In this document: one piece after another, positions 58,764-64,000 of the stretch
Numbering within the stretch: position 1 is the stretch's first letter
Layout of the letters: each line of letters begins with the position of its first letter
DNA from: Ignavibacteriota bacterium
Lineage (GTDB): Bacteria > Bacteroidota > Ignavibacteria > Kapaibacteriales > UBA2268
Assembly: GCA_016219595.1 (NCBI GenBank)
Contig: JACRLY010000062.1
Coordinates: 71,639-135,638 of the forward strand
Direction of reading: 5' to 3'
DNA length: 64,000 bases
Notes under the pieces: model-generated
Databases searched by the model: none
What the model was told of the DNA's origin: nothing
The model's input: only the letters and a program-made list of their open reading frames with translations
Translations under genes and position numbers: made by a program

Positions 58764-60830
58764 TTAAAATACCTTATTTAATTCGGTAAATACATCTTTC
58801 CAATTAATTAAATGTTGAAATTCATTAGCTCTAAAAATATTATGCAACCGTTTGTAATTAAAAATTGCTTTATCAATTCTATCAATAAAATATGATAAAC
58901 GTTCATTATGTGATAATGATTTTATCGTCTCAACCTCATTATGAATATTTTCTAAGAAATGAAGTTTGTTGTTAGGAGCATCAATCATATCAATATAATT
59001 TTTACCATTGCAATAATTACAATTACATGGCCCAAGAATATCCATTATTGCTTTCAATTTAATAGGATTCTTTTTTTCTATTGCAATAGTTCCAAGTAAT
59101 TGGGGGAAATAATAACGTTCATGCATAATATAAGCTTCATTTTCCTCTTTGTAAAGATCTTCATAAAAACTTTCAAATCTAGCTGCACCTGATGTATAAG
59201 CACTCACCCCTGCACAAAGTAAGCCTAAACCTAAAGAATTGAGTCTACCAGCAATAACAGGTTTTAAAGTACTTTTTTGTAGTTCCACTAAAGTTTTTAT
59301 ATAATGATAAAGTGTAGTTTTATTTGTATTATTATCAATACAATCAACATAAATAAAATAACCATCGCAATCAAATGCAGAAAACATATTGAGTAAATCT
59401 TTTTTATCTTTTTCATCAAGTAGACAATCAACATTCAAACAAATCCCAGCAAAAAGTAGCTTATTGTTATAATCACTAATTGATAATTTATAATCTATAC
59501 TCTCTTTTAGCAATTTAATATCAAGATCAAACCATTCTGCTACAGGATTTCTTCTTTGAGTGGCTGGAACATTTGTGTTGTGTATATAATGATATGGAGA
59601 GACTAAAATATCTGCTCCCAGTCTATATTGCTCATCAATAACTTTCTTAACATAATCTTTCTTCTTATCATTATCCTGTAAATAATCAGGTGATATTATA
59701 TGAAATTTAGGAGGAGCATAGGGTAACTCTTGTAATCCTTTAATATCTTGTTGAGCAGGATATGCTAACCGCATTGTAGCAGGGTCTATGATTCTTTCAA
59801 ATTGAGAGGATTGTATCAAATTTAATAATTTTCTTTGTTGTTTCTGAAAGTTTGCAGGAAATTCTACACTTATTTTTTTATTATATTTCTCAATAAAAGT
59901 TTGTAAAACACTCTTTTCATTCCATAATCTTAATAAATATTTTGGTGTTAAATCATATGTTTTTTCAACAAATTTTATTTCTTCAGATTTAATTGCATCA
60001 ATTATTAGTGAAGCTTTTGTAAATCTTTGATATGGATTTTTCTCTAAAAGTTTCAGAATAATATTTTCAATTTTATTATTAATCAATGGTAACCATCTTC
60101 TTGGTGGAATTGGGTTTCCATTTTTTATTTTATCATAAAGTTCAGGTAAAGAATTATATTCATAAGGAAGTTTTTTTGTAAGCATTTCGTACATAATTAC
60201 CCCGATGGTATATAAATCACTCCTTTTATCAATATGCTTACTATCTGTTATTTGTTCAGGGGACATGTAAATAGGAGAACCCATTACATCTCCTGTCGAG
60301 GTTATAGAGGTGTAATCTATAACTTTGGATATTCCATAATCAACAATTTTGATTTCTCCATTGTGTGCTACAATAATATTTTCTGGTTTTAAATCTCTAT
60401 GAATTATCCCTTTATCTTCATCATCACCTCTTATATTATGCAATGCATTTAATCCTTCTAATATTTTAACACTTATAACAATTGCTTGGCTTTCAATAAT
60501 TGAATTGTCAGTTATAAGTTTTTTTAATGTTTTACCTTGAGCATATTCCATTACTAGAAAAAAAGAAGGAACACCAAGTAAAGTTTCCATAAAATCATCA
60601 ACATATCGAATAAGATATGGATGATTCACAGATTTCATGATTTCAATTTCTCTTTTTATTCTGTTCTTTTCGCCTTTTTCACGAAATTCCATTAATACAT
60701 AGTCTTCTCTGAATATTTTTATAGCATATTCATTACCCGATTTTATTGCTTTATAAACAGAACCAAAGCCACCACTATCAATAAATTCTGTTATTTGATA
60801 ACCATTAATAACTGTACCAATAATATTCAT
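58764..60830 (-). CDS. Ser/Thr protein kinase fused to a ~400-aa uncharacterised C-terminal domain with a CxCxxC…H motif
   Basis: 688 aa. The N-terminal Hanks-type kinase has GGFGSVYKA (P-loop), YAIKIF (VAIK), IHRDLKPENIIV (catalytic loop), DYGIS (DFG) and YMSPE (APE). The C-terminal region has FDCDGYFIYVDCID and LGPCNCNYCNGKN…H…H, reminiscent of the zinc subdomain of TGT/DpdA-type enzymes. That similarity is not verified. Confidence 0.75.
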   Translation of the reverse strand: MNIIGTVINGYQITEFIDSGGFGSVYKAIKSGNEYAIKIFREDYVLMEFREKGEKNRIKREIEIMKSVNHPYLIRYVDDFMETLLGVPSFFLVMEYAQGKTLKKLITDNSIIESQAIVISVKILEGLNALHNIRGDDEDKGIIHRDLKPENIIVAHNGEIKIVDYGISKVIDYTSITSTGDVMGSPIYMSPEQITDSKHIDKRSDLYTIGVIMYEMLTKKLPYEYNSLPELYDKIKNGNPIPPRRWLPLINNKIENIILKLLEKNPYQRFTKASLIIDAIKSEEIKFVEKTYDLTPKYLLRLWNEKSVLQTFIEKYNKKISVEFPANFQKQQRKLLNLIQSSQFERIIDPATMRLAYPAQQDIKGLQELPYAPPKFHIISPDYLQDNDKKKDYVKKVIDEQYRLGADILVSPYHYIHNTNVPATQRRNPVAEWFDLDIKLLKESIDYKLSISDYNNKLLFAGICLNVDCLLDEKDKKDLLNMFSAFDCDGYFIYVDCIDNNTNKTTLYHYIKTLVELQKSTLKPVIAGRLNSLGLGLLCAGVSAYTSGAARFESFYEDLYKEENEAYIMHERYYFPQLLGTIAIEKKNPIKLKAIMDILGPCNCNYCNGKNYIDMIDAPNNKLHFLENIHNEVETIKSLSHNERLSYFIDRIDKAIFNYKRLHNIFRANEFQHLINWKDVFTELNKVF

Positions 60831-61098
60831 GATAAACTCTCTTATATATTATTATGATAATTTTTCATCGAACAATCCCTCCACTTCTTTTTCTCCTTCT
60901 AATCTTTTTGTACTGGATTTGAAAGTGAGCATTTCGCCGAGACCGGGGAGGCGGACGGAGCCAACGGGGTGCTGTTTGTTCAGTTCCTTGAGTACATCGA
61001 GGCAGTCGCCGAAATAGAGAGAGTTCATTTTTTTCCGAATTGATTATAAATAACAATGTAAAATAATGAATGGGAATGTGAAAGTCAAGGGAAAAATT

Positions 61099-61375
61099 GA
61101 AAAGTCGGAAGTTGGAAGTCGATAGTCGGAAGAGGGAAGGAGGAAGATAGATAATAGAAAATAGCAAATAGCAAATAGAAAATTGAAAAGCCGGAAGTTG
61201 GAAGTCGATAGTCGTTAGTCGGAAGAGGGAAGGAGGAAGATAGATAATAGAAAATAGTAAATAGCAAATAGAAAATAGAAAAGTCGGAAGTTGGAAGTCG
61301 ATAGTCGTTAGTCGATAGTCGGAAGAGGGAAGGAGGAAGATAGATAACAGAAAATAGCAAATAGAAAATTGAAAA
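61099..61375. repeat. Tandem repeat, three units of ~86-97 bp
   Basis: gaaaagtcggaagttggaagtcgatagtcg(ttagtcg)gaagagggaaggaggaagatagataatagaaaatagcaaatagaaaatt repeated three times. The ORFs 60865..61440 and 61085..61360 are translation artefacts of this repeat. Confidence 0.8.
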
Positions 61376-61390
61376 TTACCTTTATAATAT

Positions 61391-61760
61391 TTAAGAACAA
61401 GGATTAACGATTTATGATTTGAGAAGTCTATAACGTTCAACTCCTACGGAGTTGTGTTTGTTATCGGGGATTGTGTTTGTTACTAACGTTTAACTCCTAC
61501 GGAGTTATTCAAGGTTATATTTTATATTTGATGTGGAATTGAGGCTTTGGATTCCATTTCAAGAATGTAATGACAGTCAGGATTTAAGAAGAAGGATTAA
61601 CGATTTATGATTTGTGAAGTCTATAACGTTCAACTCCTACGGAGTTGTGTTTGTTATCGGGGATTGTGTTTGTTACAAACGTTTAACTCCTACGGAGTTA
61701 TTTCAAGGTTATATTTTATATTTGATGTGGGATTGAGGCTTTGGATTCCATTTCAAGAAT
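61391..61760. repeat. Direct tandem duplication of a ~185-bp unit containing the AACTCC-tac-GGAGTT hairpin twice
   Basis: Copy 1 (61391-61575) and copy 2 (61577-61760) are over 95% identical (…aggattaacgatttatgattt…aacgttcaactcctacggagttgtgtttgtta…aacgtttaactcctacggagtt…ggattccatttcaagaatg…). Confidence 0.8.
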
Positions 61761-62085
61761 GGAATGACAGAGTAATTACGAATTAAATAACTTCGCCTTC
61801 AATATATCCCTGATTTCTGCAAAATGCATTTAAACTTAATACAGGAGAATGAATAATAATCGGAATTATGAATATTATAATTAGTTTATTTTAATAATAA
61901 TTATAAAGACAGATTATAATATTTTGTTTTTTAATTTAAAATGACTATATTAACTTATATAAAAGGTTTGAATAGTTTGACCAACTTAAATGGTAAAATA
62001 TATATTAGGTGTTGGAAGTTGAAATTAAACTCAATTCAATAATATATTTAATAATTTTTTCACCATTTATTTAACGAGGTGCTAT

Positions 62086-63690
62086 ATGAAAAACTTTTTT
62101 AGAATCTTAGTTATTCTACTTCTATTAACTGCTTATACCACAAAAGCCGAAAATTTTGACGAAACAAGATTTGGCTTGGGAGCAGGAGCAAGCGTCGGAA
62201 TCAATGAATCAAAAGACAGACCATTCAATCTTTCATTCGGTGCACTTTTCAGGCAGCCGTTCAATGAAATGTTTGCCGGCGAGTTCAGCATTGGTTATGT
62301 TCCGCTCAGCGGAGAAACTTATGTGACAAGCGGTCAGGGTAAATATGAGACAAACCTGATTCCTATTGATTTAAAATTACTGTTTTCCCCAATAAGAGCA
62401 AAAAGCTGGTATCCTTATCTCCTGGGTGGTTTTGGTGTTTTCAACTATGATGCGAAAACACCATCTCCTGTGGCAGATGCACAGGCAAAAGATAAGGGAT
62501 GGGCGCCATACTTCTGTTTGGGAGCCGGAATTGAAGCGGCACTTTCGAGTAACTTCTCACTCGATTTTCATGCATCAGGAAATCGCAGTTTTACTGATGA
62601 TATTAATGGTGAGTATGACAATCCAAGTATTTATGACGGATACTGGAATTTGACACTATCAATTATTTATACTCCATGGGGTGTCGATGGTGATTCAGAT
62701 GGTGATGGTTTACTTGATTCATTTGAAGACCAGATTGGCACTAATCCGGATAATCCCGACACAGACGGTGACGGTCTCAAAGACGGTGCAGAATATAATA
62801 AATATAAAACAAATCCCATGGTTCCCGACACAGACGGTGACGGCTTAAAAGATGGTGCAGAAGTAGATGATTACAATACCGACCCACTGAAAGCTGACAC
62901 GGACGGTGACGGTTTGAAGGACGGAGAAGAGGTAATGACCTACAAGACAGATCCCAATAAAGCAGATACAGACGGTGACGGACTTAAAGACGGAGAAGAA
63001 GTATTAACTTACAAGACAGACCCGCTGAAGGCTGACACTGACGGTGACGGACTTAATGATGGTGATGAGGTTTTGAAGCACAGGACAGACCCATTAAAGA
63101 TGGACACTGATGGCGATGACTTGAACGATGGAGCTGAAGTTACCAGGCACAAGACTGATCCGACTAAGATTGATACAGACGGAGACGGTCTGAAAGACGG
63201 CGAGGAAGTAACAAAATACAAGACAAATCCAACCATGAAGGACACTGATAAAGGTGGAGTTGACGACGGAACCGAAGTTGCCAAAAAGCAAAATCCTCTC
63301 GATGGAACAGATGATTATGGTAAGAAGACTCTCGGTCCCCAGGAAATTGGTGCAAAAATTGTTCTTGAAGGAGTTCTTTTCGAGACCGGAAAATCCAAAA
63401 TTACACCGGCATCTGATTCGATTTTAATTCAGGCTTACGAAACTTTGGTTGCTTATCCGAATATGGAAGTTTTGATTACCGGTCATACCGATAATGTAGG
63501 CAAGAGAGATAAAAATATTAAGTTATCTCAGGACAGGGCTGATGCCGTGAAAACATGGCTTGTGAACAGAGGTATTGCTTCATCAAGAATGACGACAAAA
63601 GGTTATGGTCCGGATAAACCGATAACCCTGAATGATACTCCTGAAAACAAGCAGAAGAACAGAAGAATTGAGTTTGAGAGAACCAAATAG
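62086..63690 (+). CDS. OmpA-family outer-membrane protein with an N-terminal beta-barrel, thrombospondin type-3 (TSP3) Ca-binding repeats and a C-terminal OmpA domain
   Basis: 534 aa. It has a signal peptide and about 11 DTDGDGLKDGEE repeats. The OmpA-like C-terminus has NMEVLITGHTDNVGKRDKNIKLSQDRADAVKTWL…GYGPDKPI…NRRIEF. Confidence 0.85.
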   Translation: MKNFFRILVILLLLTAYTTKAENFDETRFGLGAGASVGINESKDRPFNLSFGALFRQPFNEMFAGEFSIGYVPLSGETYVTSGQGKYETNLIPIDLKLLFSPIRAKSWYPYLLGGFGVFNYDAKTPSPVADAQAKDKGWAPYFCLGAGIEAALSSNFSLDFHASGNRSFTDDINGEYDNPSIYDGYWNLTLSIIYTPWGVDGDSDGDGLLDSFEDQIGTNPDNPDTDGDGLKDGAEYNKYKTNPMVPDTDGDGLKDGAEVDDYNTDPLKADTDGDGLKDGEEVMTYKTDPNKADTDGDGLKDGEEVLTYKTDPLKADTDGDGLNDGDEVLKHRTDPLKMDTDGDDLNDGAEVTRHKTDPTKIDTDGDGLKDGEEVTKYKTNPTMKDTDKGGVDDGTEVAKKQNPLDGTDDYGKKTLGPQEIGAKIVLEGVLFETGKSKITPASDSILIQAYETLVAYPNMEVLITGHTDNVGKRDKNIKLSQDRADAVKTWLVNRGIASSRMTTKGYGPDKPITLNDTPENKQKNRRIEFERTK

Positions 63691-63709
63691 CATTAGATTT
63701 TAATTTTTG

Positions 63710-63741
63710 AAAAGCCGCTGTAAAAAGCGGCTTTTTTAAAT
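63710..63741 (+). terminator. Rho-independent terminator
   Basis: AAAAGCCGCT-gtaaaa-AGCGGCTTTT followed by a T-run. Confidence 0.8.
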
Positions 63742-63801
63742 TAACAGTATCCTATAATAATTTTATCATTAATTAATCACATTCAATGAGGGAGATTAAA
63801 C

Positions 63802-64000
63802 ATGAAAAAATATATAGCTGAATTTATCGGTACATTTTGGTTAGTACTTGGCGGATGCGGAACAGCAATGTTAGCCGCGGCATTTCCAAATGTAGGAGTA
63901 GGTTTGGTTGGTGTAGCCCTGGCATTTGGTTTAACAGTAGTAACAATAGCATATTCATTGGGACACGTTTCGGGAGCACATTTGAATCCTGCCGTATCCT
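63802..64000 (+). CDS. Aquaporin/MIP-family channel (N-terminal fragment; runs off the right window edge)
   Basis: [66 protein letters not shown] contains the first NPA motif. A GGGAG sits 8 nt upstream. Confidence 0.8.
   Translation, partial: MKKYIAEFIGTFWLVLGGCGTAMLAAAFPNVGVGLVGVALAFGLTVVTIAYSLGHVSGAHLNPAVS

Noticed and set aside
60865-61440. 191-aa and 91-aa minus-strand ORFs (60865..61440, 61085..61360)
   Set aside because: They lie wholly within the ~90-bp tandem repeats. Their low-complexity repetitive translations (…FSICYLLFSIIYLPPSLFRL… x3) are reading-frame artefacts of the DNA repeat.
61099-61760. Possible CRISPR array
   Set aside because: The repeat units are 86-185 bp. There is no 25-40-bp repeat/spacer periodicity and no cas genes in the window. 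These are tandem or satellite-like repeats, not CRISPR.
1-64000. Prophage or IS-element content
   Set aside because: No integrase, transposase, terminase, capsid or tail-like ORFs were recognised. The mobile-looking DNA is limited to the small non-autonomous repeat families described above.

Overview
This is a low-GC bacterial chromosomal segment, probably from an FCB-group organism (Bacteroidota/Ignavibacteriota-like). Three things point that way: several proteins end in T9SS-type C-terminal sorting domains, complex I is the 11-subunit type (nuoABCDHIJKLMN with no nuoEFG), and the rpmH-rnpA-yidD-yidC block is intact. From left to right the window holds:
- a chemotaxis cluster (partial MCP, cheW, cheR-TPR, cheW-like)
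- tRNA-Lys(CTT), a YbbR-like gene and dnaG
- a putative metal-uptake cluster (Cys/His-rich small protein, TonB-dependent receptor, HMA-domain protein)
- two BNR/Asp-box secreted proteins
- a cell-envelope cluster (TonB-like, SPOR-domain protein, outer-membrane beta-barrel, 1042-aa TPR protein)
- yidC-yidD-rnpA-rpmH
- a small accessory island (lipoprotein, MntA-like nucleotidyltransferase, DUF3800-like protein)
- the nuo operon, which carries several lesions: an in-frame TAA inside nuoL, a deleted/frameshifted nuoC, a continuous nuoM-nuoN ORF, and MITE-like repeats in its intergenic spacers
- a fatty-acid desaturase, a T9SS propeller protein and a two-component pair
- a DsrL-like/DsrC-like/DsrM-like/DsrK-like (Hdr-like) cluster
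- two T9SS-secreted enzymes (a transglutaminase-like protein and an M6-like zinc metalloprotease with BNR repeats)
- a repeat-flanked island encoding a Ser/Thr protein kinase fused to a large uncharacterised C-terminal domain (CxCxxC...H motif) plus a small PD-(D/E)xK-like partner; this is my best candidate for an undescribed system, possibly a defence module
- an OmpA/TSP3-repeat protein and the start of an aquaporin gene
All calls come from reading the translated ORFs and the nucleotide sequence directly. No database searches were run.
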